Below are positions 1 through 7,680 of a DNA stretch of 32,000 bases, in pieces. How positions within the stretch are numbered: the stretch's first letter is position 1; each line of letters begins with the position of its first letter. The translations under genes were made by a program, and so were the position numbers. The stretch covers positions 114,081 through 146,080 of the forward strand of contig NZ_JAUOPC010000001.1 of NCBI RefSeq assembly GCF_030546805.1, in the 5' to 3' direction. Origin of the DNA: Cyclobacterium sp. 1_MG-2023. GTDB taxonomy: Bacteria; Bacteroidota; Bacteroidia; Cytophagales; Cyclobacteriaceae. The notes beneath the pieces are model-generated. The model was not told the origin of the DNA. It did not search any database and saw nothing but the letters and a program-made list of their open reading frames with translations.

Positions 1-729
1 AGTAATAATTTCAATTTGTTCATTATACTCGGTGTTGCAGGTCTCATTTATCCAATTACCGTTCAATCTTCCACAGCATGGAAAGAAATTCCTATTTCCC
101 TGATTGTCGCCTTATTATTGTTGGTCCTGGCCAACGATTTTTTTATAAATCAAAACCCTGAACTTTCAAACATTGACGGCCTGATTTTATTGACCGGATT
201 TGTTTGTTTTATTTATTATGTTTTTACCCAATTGAAACAAGAAAAATCTGAAGTGATTGCCTATGAAGAAAAATCAAATTATAAAATTGGGGCATTAATT
301 ATAGTTGGCATGGCTGGGCTTATCATTGGAGGGAAATTAGTGGTCGACAACAGTATAAATATGGCGACTGAATTAGGCGTTAGTCAAAAAATAATAGGTT
401 TAACCATAGTTGCTGCCGGAACCTCCCTTCCGGAATTGGTTACATCAATGGTTGCAGCCATAAGAAAGAATAGCGATATCGCCATTGGAAACGTAATTGG
501 TTCAAATATCTTTAATGTTCTGTTAATACTTTCCATCAGTTCGTTTGTAAATCCAATTGAATACAACCCGAATTTTAATCAGGATTTATTAATATTAATA
601 GGAGGTACTGTTTTTCTACTTTTGGCAATGTTTACCGGAAAAAGAAAAAAACTTGATCGGTGGGAGGCTTTAATCTTATTAAGTTTCTATTTGATTTACA
701 CGACCTTTTTGGTATCAAAAGAAATATAA
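1..729 (+). CDS. Ca2+/Na+ antiporter (CaCA/YrbG family), C-terminal part; the 5' end lies outside the window
   Basis: The frame is open from base 1, with no stop before the TTG at 16. The protein is multi-pass and hydrophobic and carries the CaCA alpha-repeat signature GTSLPELVTSMVAAIRKNSDIAIGNVIGSNIFNVLLIL. Confidence 0.85.
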   Translation, partial: SNNFNLFIILGVAGLIYPITVQSSTAWKEIPISLIVALLLLVLANDFFINQNPELSNIDGLILLTGFVCFIYYVFTQLKQEKSEVIAYEEKSNYKIGALIIVGMAGLIIGGKLVVDNSINMATELGVSQKIIGLTIVAAGTSLPELVTSMVAAIRKNSDIAIGNVIGSNIFNVLLILSISSFVNPIEYNPNFNQDLLILIGGTVFLLLAMFTGKRKKLDRWEALILLSFYLIYTTFLVSKEI

Positions 730-737
730 AAAACCAA

Positions 738-824
738 TAACTAAAAATCCTATGACCAGATACTGGTCGTTGAGCTGGTCGAAGGGTACTTTCTATACTG
801 AAAAACAGATGGATTGAAAAATCT
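738..824 (+). repeat. Junction repeat, P-type copy 1 (87 nt)
   Basis: It starts 9 nt after the CaCA stop. The left motif is TAACTAAAAATCCTATGAC, followed by a GACCAG-ata-CTGGTC hairpin at 754-768, a REP-like GAGCTGGTCGAAGGG core, and the right end GATGGATTGAAAAATCT. It is homologous to 1997-2071 and 6083-6150. Confidence 0.85.
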
Positions 825-891
825 ACCGGGATAAACCGGATTCTGTAGTTAAAGTAGAATTGACCTATGAGGTTAGTGTGGACAAAAATAG

Positions 892-950
892 AAATTCAAT
901 AAAACCTTAGTTTGACTAAAGAATTCCTTGTCTGAAATGTTTAATTTAAC
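892..950 (+). repeat. Junction repeat, R-core copy 1 (59 nt, diverged)
   Basis: The sequence is AAATTCAATAAAACCTTAGTTTGACTAAAGAATTCCTTGTCTGAAATGTTTAATTTAAC. It aligns without gaps to the cores at 5019, 7880, 9007 and 10591. Confidence 0.75.
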
Positions 951-1105
951 AAGTGTTTTAAACCATGGAGTTTGGTGTATATGCCTTTAAATGCTACTCC
1001 TAATATAAATAGGTAGGTAAACAGTTGTTCGACTCAATTAAAAAATAAGTAATTTTACACCCATTAGCCTGTAATTTTTCGTATAATAAGCAAAAGGGAA
1101 AAGAT

Positions 1106-1525
1106 ATGAATTCAACCAAAGATTCAATTAAAGATATTCCTGAGAAAATTTCAGATAGCCAGGTGGTTACCTATATACATTCAGGAGATTTAGGAACAAA
1201 ACAAGTTAAACTCTTCAAAACCTTGACTCATTCAAGCGATAAAGTCATTTCTGAATGGTTTGATGTTAGTGAAAAAACTTTCTATAGTTATAGAACCACT
1301 ACAGCAAAATTAAATATAAATTTCAAAGAAAAACTACTTTTATTAATATCCTTGTATAAACTAGGAGAAAGAGTTTTCGGCTCCAAAAAAGCATTTAATG
1401 ATTGGTTGGAAAAACCTAATTTTCATTTTAACAATAAACAACCTGTAGATTTTTTTAAAACCATTTCTGGTATTAGATATATTGAGGACAGATTAACCGG
1501 AATGCTATATGGAGATAATGCTTAA
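1106..1525 (+). CDS. Xre/MbcA/ParS-type antitoxin (DUF2384 toxin-binding domain) of a RES-Xre type II TA pair
   Basis: The C-terminal region AFNDWLEKPNFHFNNKQPVDFFKTISGIRYIEDRLTGMLYG matches the DUF2384 pattern. There is an HTH-like middle part. The gene ends 2 nt before the RES gene start. Confidence 0.85.
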   Translation: MNSTKDSIKDIPEKISDSQVVTYIHSGDLGTKQVKLFKTLTHSSDKVISEWFDVSEKTFYSYRTTTAKLNINFKEKLLLLISLYKLGERVFGSKKAFNDWLEKPNFHFNNKQPVDFFKTISGIRYIEDRLTGMLYGDNA

Positions 1526-1527
1526 TT

Positions 1528-1983
1528 ATGGAAGTATACAGAATTTCACACAAAGATTACTCAAAAGTATTATCAAGTGCTGGTTCATCAAACAGGTGGA
1601 ATTATGAGGGTGAATATGTTATTTATACAGGTTCTTCCAGGTCATTATCAACATTGGAGTTAATTGTTCATAGAAATTCCATTAAAAAGCTTCCTGATTA
1701 TGAAATGATGATCTTGTCAATAGCTGATGAAGATAATTTAATGGAGCAAATTTTAATCAAAAAATTACCGGCTAATTGGCGTTCATTTACATCCTATTTT
1801 AAATTACAAAAAATAGGTTCAGCCTGGTATAAAAAACAAAGCTCCTTAGTACTGAAAGTACCTTCTGCGGTAATACCAAAAGAATACAACTATATTATTA
1901 ACACAAAACATCCTACCTTCAATACGAATGTCTTATTAGTTAGAAACGAAGAATATTTTTTTGATGAAAGATTGTTTGAATAA
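1528..1983 (+). CDS. RES-domain toxin (MbcT/ParT-like NAD+-targeting family)
   Basis: The R, E and S signature positions are present in context: SSNRWNYEG (R), LSTLELIVHR (E) and LKVPSAVIPKEYNYIINTKHPTF (S). The gene is tightly coupled to the upstream antitoxin. Confidence 0.9.
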   Translation: MEVYRISHKDYSKVLSSAGSSNRWNYEGEYVIYTGSSRSLSTLELIVHRNSIKKLPDYEMMILSIADEDNLMEQILIKKLPANWRSFTSYFKLQKIGSAWYKKQSSLVLKVPSAVIPKEYNYIINTKHPTFNTNVLLVRNEEYFFDERLFE

Positions 1984-1996
1984 AAACTGTATTTCT

Positions 1997-2071
1997 TAAC
2001 TAAATATCCTATGATTGTCGCTTACCCAAACCGGTCCCTGAGGCTGTCGAAGGGTATCGATTGGAAAATCT
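1997..2071 (+). repeat. Junction repeat, P-type copy 2 (75 nt)
   Basis: The sequence is TAACTAAATATCCTATGAT...GGTCCCTGAGGCTGTCGAAGGGTATCGATTGGAAAATCT. It shares its left motif and right end with copy 1. Its right end abuts the truncated serine-hydrolase reading frame. Confidence 0.85.
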
Positions 2072-2870
2072 GGGGATTGCACATGACAATGGTTTAATAG
2101 GTGACTTGGACCAACCCATTCAATATTTTTTCCCCAAATACATCGATATCCTGCACACCGCTACCTGGCCGGTAAGCCTGAAAGATGCACTTACAATGTC
2201 TGCAGGATTGGACTGGAATAAATGGGAACTTCCTATATCAGACCCGGAAAATGAAGTAATAAAAATGCTTTTCAGTCAAGACATGTATGATTATGTATTG
2301 AAACGAAATATTGTCACCGGAACTCAACCGGGAGATAAGTTCGAGTACAACAGTGGCCTCTCGGTACTGCTTGGTGGTGTTATACTAGATGCTACCGGAA
2401 TGCCAGCTGATACATATGCCGAAAAAACATTGTTCAATCAATTGGGAATCCAACATTACAATTGGTTTTCCCTTACAGACGAAGTTCATACAGGTGGTGG
2501 ACTCTGGTTACAGCCCAGAGATTTTCTGAAAATGGGCCAATTGGTACTTGGTAGGGGAAAATGGAATAAATAACAGATAATTTCTGAATCTTGGATAGAA
2601 GAATCTACTGCCTTTCATCTACCACACTTGGAAAACAGTGGTTACGGTTATCAATGGTGGCGAGGTGAATTGAATGTAGATGAAATGAAATTCCCTATAA
2701 TTTATGTAGCCGGCTACGGTGGACAATTTTTATTTATAGTTCCTGATTTGGACCTTGTAACTTTGTTCTTGCATCATAATCCAAAAGATTTGGAATTAAG
2801 CCATACCATGGCATGGAAAGAAATGGAGAAATTTATTGTTCCTTCTTTTATAAGAAGATTAAACCATTAA
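2061..2870 (+). pseudogene. Beta-lactamase-related serine hydrolase, 5'-truncated and interrupted by an in-frame TAA
   Basis: The ORF pieces 2061-2573 and 2628-2870 share a frame (offset 567 nt). One TAA at 2571-2573 splits them (GRGKWNK*QIISESWIEEST). LGIAHDNGLI, FEYNSGLSVLLGGVI and GYGYQWW resemble the C-terminal two thirds of class-C beta-lactamase/PBP-like hydrolases. The N-terminal SxxK part is missing, and the frame begins inside repeat P2. Confidence 0.75.
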
Positions 2871-2936
2871 CCTTATAATGCCAAGTGGCTAGTATCAACT
2901 TCTTTCGCTAAATTTATAAAATACCAAAAAAGGGTT

Positions 2937-3209
2937 ATGACGTCACAAACTTCTTGCAAGCATATCACTGCTATCTCAGAATTTAAAACAGCCAATGAGC
3001 ATGTTTGCGAAGAATGTGTAAAATTGGGTGATGGTTGGGTACATTTGCGCACATGTCAGGAATGTGGTGTTACGCTTTGTTGTGACAATTCTAAAAACAA
3101 GCATGCAACAGCTCATTATCGTTCCACTAACCACCCGGTTATTAGTTCAGGAGAACTTAATGAAAGGTGGCTTTGGTGTTATGCCGATAAAGCTTTTGTA
3201 ACCTATTAA
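2937..3209 (+). CDS. UBP-type zinc-finger protein
   Basis: This is a 90-aa Cys/His-rich protein. The pattern CKH...CEEC...HLRTCQECGVTLCCDNSKNKHATAHYRSTNHP...WCY is typical of bacterial zf-UBP proteins. Confidence 0.8.
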   Translation: MTSQTSCKHITAISEFKTANEHVCEECVKLGDGWVHLRTCQECGVTLCCDNSKNKHATAHYRSTNHPVISSGELNERWLWCYADKAFVTY

Positions 3210-3221
3210 ACCAAACCATTT

Positions 3222-4868
3222 ATGATAGATTCTAAATATCCGGAGTTAACCGAAATACAAGTTGAAAAACTTAAAACCTATGGTGAGGTTGAATTTTACA
3301 AAGAGCCTACGGTGGTGTTGGATTTTGGTGATCAGCATTACGATTTTTTTGTAGTACTCACCGGTGGAATAAGAATTATAGATCCTTATAAAAGAGAGGA
3401 TAGCATTGCCATCCACAGAAGACATCAGTTTTCTGGGTCTAGTAGTATTTTGTCTCATAGAACGGTTGGTGTTTGTGGCGAAACATTAGAAAACACACAG
3501 CTTATAAGAATAAGTCCAGAAAAATTAAAAAGTGCCATTGCTAAATTCAGTGATATTAGTGATGTGCTTTTGAACGCTTTTTTACAACGTGAAGATGCAC
3601 TGAAGAATAACGTACAAGGCATAAAACTTATTGGTTCTGAACACTCTAATGAAACTTATGCCATTCGTGATTTCATGGATAAAAATGATATCTGGTACAA
3701 TTTTATAGATTCTGATAAGGAAGAAGGATTGGTACAAATGTTAGCCACTTTCAATCTTAAGGAATCTGATTTACCTGTTTTAATCAATAGTCAGAATGAT
3801 ATTTCTATTCGTCCGTCTATAGATGAAATTGGAGAATGTACCGGTGTTCGTTTACAGCTAGATGATGAAATTTACGATGTACTGGTAGTTGGAGCGGGCC
3901 CGGCAGGATTGGCAGCTAGTGTGTATGCAGCTTCAGAAGGACTAAAAGTGTTGACTATTGATAGCAACTCCCCGGGTGGACAAGCTGGTAAGAGTTCTAA
4001 AATTGAAAATTACCTGGGCTTTCCTACAGGAATTTCCGGTAGGGATTTAGCGAATAATGGCTATATACAAGCACAAAAGTTTGGCTGTACCATTTCTGTA
4101 CCACATAGGGTAGAGGGCATAGAGCGAAAAGACAATTATTATCAAATCAGTTCTAGCAACACTTCTATTTTAAAAGCTAAAACAGTAATTGCGGCTACAG
4201 GTGCAGCCTATAGAAGGTTACCCTTAGAAGGTATTGAAAAATTTGAAGGTTCCGGTATATACTACAGCGCCACCTCTATGCATGCAAATATGTGCAGAAA
4301 TAGTGAAATTGGTATTGTGGGTGGTGGTAACTCAGCAGGTCAAGCAGCATTATTCTTGGCAAATTATGCGCATAAAGTTTATGTGATAATTAGAAATGAG
4401 GACATAGGTGCCAAAATGAGCGATTATCTGGTACAGCGTATTATCGCTTGTGAAAATATTGAAGTATTGACCGGTAGTAACGTGATAACAGTTGAGGGAA
4501 GCACCTATTTAGAAAAGGTTGAAATCAAGAAAAATGAGACCTTAGTTGAAAATGATATTGGTTATCTTTTCACATTTGTAGGAGCAAAGCCTTGCACAGA
4601 ATGGTTAGATACTATTATTGATACAGATGCCAAAGGTTTTGTACATACGGGACTTGCCATTTGTGACAATGCTTTAAATAGCGAACCTGAGTTTGGTCAG
4701 AGAAAGCCGTATACCTTTGAAACTAGTTTACCGGGATTATTTGCAGTTGGCGATGTACGCTCAGGTTCTGTAAAACGTGTAGCTTCTGCCGTAGGTGAAG
4801 GTTCTATTGTTGTAAGTGATATTCATAAATTTCTGGCCCAAGACAAATTTGCTACTACCGCAAATTAA
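3222..4868 (+). CDS. cNMP-binding-domain / thioredoxin-reductase-like FAD-dependent oxidoreductase
   Basis: The N-terminus has a cyclic-nucleotide-binding-like region. It is followed by DVLVVGAGPAGLAASVYA (FAD GxGxxG), IGIVGGGNSAGQAALFL (NAD(P)H site) and GLFAVGDVRSGSVKRVASAVGEGS (TrxR-fold C-terminus). Confidence 0.85.
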   Translation: MIDSKYPELTEIQVEKLKTYGEVEFYKEPTVVLDFGDQHYDFFVVLTGGIRIIDPYKREDSIAIHRRHQFSGSSSILSHRTVGVCGETLENTQLIRISPEKLKSAIAKFSDISDVLLNAFLQREDALKNNVQGIKLIGSEHSNETYAIRDFMDKNDIWYNFIDSDKEEGLVQMLATFNLKESDLPVLINSQNDISIRPSIDEIGECTGVRLQLDDEIYDVLVVGAGPAGLAASVYAASEGLKVLTIDSNSPGGQAGKSSKIENYLGFPTGISGRDLANNGYIQAQKFGCTISVPHRVEGIERKDNYYQISSSNTSILKAKTVIAATGAAYRRLPLEGIEKFEGSGIYYSATSMHANMCRNSEIGIVGGGNSAGQAALFLANYAHKVYVIIRNEDIGAKMSDYLVQRIIACENIEVLTGSNVITVEGSTYLEKVEIKKNETLVENDIGYLFTFVGAKPCTEWLDTIIDTDAKGFVHTGLAICDNALNSEPEFGQRKPYTFETSLPGLFAVGDVRSGSVKRVASAVGEGSIVVSDIHKFLAQDKFATTAN

Positions 4869-4893
4869 ACCATCTATGCAGTATAGAAGGGAT

Positions 4894-5077
4894 GTCTCAA
4901 ACTGATCAGTTTTTGCTCTATGGGCAATTTAAGTTAAATTTTATGCTGTTTAAATCTCGTATTTATTGTCGATCCAACGAAGCACAGCCTTTTAGCCATT
5001 TCCAGTCAATTTTCAACAGTTTCCATTAAAACTTTAGTGAGAGAGCAGGATTCCTTGGCTGAAATGCTTAATTTAAG
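4894..5077 (+). repeat. Junction repeat, long form A (~184 nt) ending in the R-core at 5019-5077
   Basis: It starts 26 nt after the preceding stop and is colinear with 8882-9065. The first 36 nt, GTCTCAAACTGATCAGTTTTTGCTCTATGGGCAATT, differ at 1 position. It contains the 14-bp palindrome AAACTGATCAGTTT at 4899-4912. Confidence 0.9.
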
Positions 5078-5138
5078 ATGGGCTTTGAAATGGAAAAGAA
5101 GGGGTAATATTCAAAATGTTAAAGCGAAGTACCATACA

Positions 5139-5198
5139 ACATTAGGAGTCTAACGATTAGAATACGCTTGAGTAGTTCTTATATTGTTTTCTTCAAAC
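5139..5198 (+). repeat. S-block repeat copy 1 (60 nt), upstream of the ABM gene
   Basis: The sequence is ACATTAGG...GCTTGAGTAGTTCTTATATTGTTTTCTTCAAAC. The last 33 nt differ at 2 positions from 8083-8115. Confidence 0.85.
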
Positions 5199-5234
5199 CT
5201 TAGATTCCTTAATGTTAGCCTTAAATTGCAAGCT

Positions 5235-5570
5235 ATGAACAGAAAGAAAAAAATCATCAGGACTTGGAAGGGATGGACTACATTAGATAATGCTTCAATT
5301 TATGAAAATATGCTTATCAATGAAGTGTTTCCTGAAGTAAAAAGGAAGGGTGTGGCAGGATTGGAGAAAGTGAGTATTTCGACAAGTGAAAAAAATGATG
5401 AGGTAGAATTTTTTCTTATACTTCAGTTTGAATCTTTGGAATCTGTGAAAATGTTTGCGGGTGAAAAATATGAATTGGCATATATCCCGGATAATGCTAA
5501 ACGTGTTTTGTCACGATATGATGCAACTGCTCAACACTTTACTATGAAAGAAGAATTAATACTTAAATAA
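5235..5570 (+). CDS. Antibiotic-biosynthesis-monooxygenase-like (ABM/Dabb fold) small protein
   Basis: I take the ATG at 5235 (MNRKKKIIRTWKGWTT...) as the start rather than the TTG at 5184. The pattern WKGWTT...YE..L..EVFP......EVEFF.I..FESLESVKMFAGE.YE.AYIP..A..VLSRYD resembles this small-protein family. Confidence 0.65.
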   Translation: MNRKKKIIRTWKGWTTLDNASIYENMLINEVFPEVKRKGVAGLEKVSISTSEKNDEVEFFLILQFESLESVKMFAGEKYELAYIPDNAKRVLSRYDATAQHFTMKEELILK

Positions 5571-5589
5571 ATTTGACCTACAAAACCTA

Positions 5590-6039
5590 TTGCGTTTAAC
5601 TAAACCGTTTGGCCAAATAAAAATACAAAACTTGGAGCTAATAACTTTAAAAACATTTGATAATTCAATTGAGGCTCACTTGATGAAATCTAAACTCAAA
5701 AGTGAGAATATTGTGTGCTTTTTATTTGATGAAAATATAGTAGGGCTTAATCCTGTATATAACATAGCAGTTGGTGGGATAAAGTTAAAGGTTATTAAAT
5801 CAGACATTGATAAGGCGAGTTTAATTTTAAAGGAGACTGAAAAAGCTAGGTTAACCAATGAAATTGGCGAAGTTATCATCTGTCCGGTTTGCCATTCAGA
5901 AGAAGTTTATGGTGGATTCAAATCAATGAAGGGAATAAAGGGGATAATATCAGCTATTACCTCATTCCTATTGATGGTTTATCCGATTTATTATAAGTCC
6001 ATTTACAAATGCAAAAAATGCGGAAAAGAATTTAAATAA
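5590..6039 (+). CDS. DUF2007-like (putative signal-transducing) protein with a C-terminal zinc ribbon and hydrophobic segment
   Basis: LITLKTFDNSIEAHLMKSKLKSENIVCFLFDEN is DUF2007-like. The ribbon is CPVCHSEE...CKKCGKEF. The start is uncertain, because only TTG candidates (5590, 5632) precede the domain. Confidence 0.6.
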   Translation: MRLTKPFGQIKIQNLELITLKTFDNSIEAHLMKSKLKSENIVCFLFDENIVGLNPVYNIAVGGIKLKVIKSDIDKASLILKETEKARLTNEIGEVIICPVCHSEEVYGGFKSMKGIKGIISAITSFLLMVYPIYYKSIYKCKKCGKEFK

Positions 6040-6082
6040 TGCCTCTGCAAAAAATACCAAGCATCCTGGCGAATGGAACAGT

Positions 6083-6150
6083 CCCAAACCGGATCCTGAA
6101 CCTGCCGAAGAGTCCTTTTTATAATGAAAAACGGATGGATTGAAAAATCT
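6083..6150 (+). repeat. Junction repeat, P-type copy 3 (68 nt clearly homologous)
   Basis: The sequence is CCCAAACCGGATCCTGAACCTGCCGAAGAGTCC...TTTTATAATGAAAAACGGATGGATTGAAAAATCT. It has the same right end as copies 1 and 2. It shares CCCAAACCGG with copy 2 and TATA(C/A)TGAAAAAC(A/G)GATGGATTGAAAAATCT with copy 1. Confidence 0.8.
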
Positions 6151-6531
6151 TGAGCCAAAGAGCCGGAATTCCTTGTTTATGGAGAGGTATTGGCTTAGTA
6201 TAATGAAATATTTTTATCCCTTTTGCCGAAAAGTATTCAAATTGAACGTATTAAATCCGTTTTTAGCTCATTTTATAAGGTTTTTTAAATCTTTTTACGG
6301 TTTGATGTTTTCGCAATTCTTAATTTAAAAAGTAAGTTAAGAAGGATGGATGCGTATAATCAAAAGCTATTACTCTTCTGGAAAGGCATTGCTAATTTTC
6401 GGTATCATCTCCGGTGTTTTAGTTTAACAATGCAATATGTAGTTCCAAAATTGGTTAATATAAAACTAAATATTATTTTAACATTTTAAGACGATTCAAT
6501 ACCTTAATCTAGTAAAACAAAAAGATCTGCT

Positions 6532-6963
6532 ATGAAATATTTATTTTCTATGAGTTTAACATTTTTTTCATTATGCGCATTTGCACAGGATTCAAAGACT
6601 TCATTGATGAAGATTGTTTTGGCTGATTCAGTAATTAATAAATATATGGCTGGTATTGGGAAAGAAGATATTAATGAATATAAATTATTTCATGGATCTG
6701 GGTATTATATCTTTAATGATGGAAATGTTGAATTTCAAGAACATAATGGTAACAATAGTAATGCTATACAAAAAGGAATTATCAAAAAGATAAAAATTAA
6801 TAAGAATAAGGCTATAGTGAAATTTTATACAGCTTCATGTAACAACACACGCGTCAGCTTGAAGAAAGAAGCAAAAAATTGGGAAATTAAATCGAGGCTG
6901 ATTTACAGAAGCTGGAAGCATCCAAAAAAACAACCTAAACTTGTATACTATAGTTTGAATTAA
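6532..6963 (+). CDS. Secreted hypothetical protein
   Basis: There is a clear signal peptide, MKYLFSMSLTFFSLCAFAQ. I recognise no family. Confidence 0.6.
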   Translation: MKYLFSMSLTFFSLCAFAQDSKTSLMKIVLADSVINKYMAGIGKEDINEYKLFHGSGYYIFNDGNVEFQEHNGNNSNAIQKGIIKKIKINKNKAIVKFYTASCNNTRVSLKKEAKNWEIKSRLIYRSWKHPKKQPKLVYYSLN

Positions 6964-7011
6964 AAATTTAGGATCGTCGTTGAATTTCTGATTTGAAATG
7001 TTCATTTTAAC
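6955..7011 (+). repeat. Junction repeat, degenerate R-core copy overlapping the stop codon of the preceding gene
   Basis: The sequence AATTAAAAATTTAGG...TGAATTTCTGATTTGAAATGTTCATTTTAAC aligns to ATTAAAACTTTAG...GGATTCCTTGGCTGAAATGCTTAATTTAAG. Confidence 0.55.
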
Positions 7012-7102
7012 AAATACATTAAGCAAAAGTAGAAGGGATATAATCCAAATAAGCAAAACTTCTATGCCAATTATGTATATACATATGTTTTAACAATTGA
7101 AA

Positions 7103-7648
7103 ATGAGAAAATTAAAACTTCAAATTCAACTTTCAATTGATGGATTCATCGCTGGTCCTAATGGAGAAATGGACTGGATGATTTGGAATTGGGATGATAA
7201 GCTAAAGGATTTCGTAACCCAACTAACGGAATCAACTGATACTATAGTTTTGGGTCGCAAACTGGCAGAAGGATTTATTCCATACTGGAGATCAAATAAG
7301 GAGTTGGAAGGTGCTGAAAAAATTAATAATTCTAAGAAAATAGTTTTTACCAAAACACTTGAAAGCTCGAACTGGGAAAATACCATTTTGGAAAAGGGAG
7401 ATTTGACAGATAAGATACAAAAATTAAAATCCTTAACTGGGAATGACATGATAGCCTATGGTGGGGGAGCATTTGTTTCATCACTAATCAAAGAAAATTT
7501 GATTGATGAATATTACTTTTTTATTAACCCTACTATTTTAGGTTACGGAATGCCAATATTTGAGAAAACTGACTATAATAAGGAGTTGAAGTTGGAAGAA
7601 GCAAAAGCTTATGAGTGTGGAATAACCGTTTTAAAGTATACGAATTGA
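7103..7648 (+). CDS. Dihydrofolate-reductase-family protein (RibD C-terminal domain type)
   Basis: MRKLKLQIQLSIDGFIAGPNGEMDWM...IVLGRKLAEGF...MIAYGGGAFVSSLIKENLIDEYYFFINPTILGYGMPIF fits the YwjB/RibD_C-like family. I prefer the ATG at 7103 over the TTG at 7097. Confidence 0.8.
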   Translation: MRKLKLQIQLSIDGFIAGPNGEMDWMIWNWDDKLKDFVTQLTESTDTIVLGRKLAEGFIPYWRSNKELEGAEKINNSKKIVFTKTLESSNWENTILEKGDLTDKIQKLKSLTGNDMIAYGGGAFVSSLIKENLIDEYYFFINPTILGYGMPIFEKTDYNKELKLEEAKAYECGITVLKYTN

Positions 7649-7680
7649 ACACAGTATTAATTTACACTCCCAGTTCAACC

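Noticed and set aside
2571-2573. The in-frame stop in the serine-hydrolase fragment could be programmed read-through or recoding.
   Set aside because: The codon is TAA, not TGA. The gene is also 5'-truncated and lacks its catalytic SxxK region, so simple decay is the parsimonious reading.
5051-5077. The R-core 3' half could be a Bacteroidota promoter (TTG ... TAnnTTTG).
   Set aside because: CCTTGG to TAATTTAA is only about 11 nt apart, against the roughly 19-21 nt spacing of the known consensus. The -7 box match is also imperfect (TAATTTAA/TAATTTGG).
4990-5110. The junction repeats could be relics of a coding sequence. Both strands give pseudo-conserved peptides, e.g. + strand ISSxFSTVSIKTL...DSLxEMLNL and - strand VLMETVxNGLEMxKG.
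   Set aside because: Stops interrupt different copies in every frame. Substitutions between copies are not concentrated at third codon positions (my hand comparison of 5019/7880/9007). Conservation is block-wise at the nucleotide level.
5148-5220. A candidate canonical attC. GTCTAAC (5148-5154, fits RYYYAAC) and GTTAGCC (5214-5220, near GTTRRRY) lie 73 nt apart. ATTAGAAT/ATTCCTTAAT give inner pairing with two bulged bases, and the site ends 14 nt before the ATG at 5235.
   Set aside because: The central region has no stem. The paralogous S-block copy (8056-8130) lacks both boxes. No other module start has a comparable pair. It is most likely chance in AT-rich DNA, and only a CM search can settle it.
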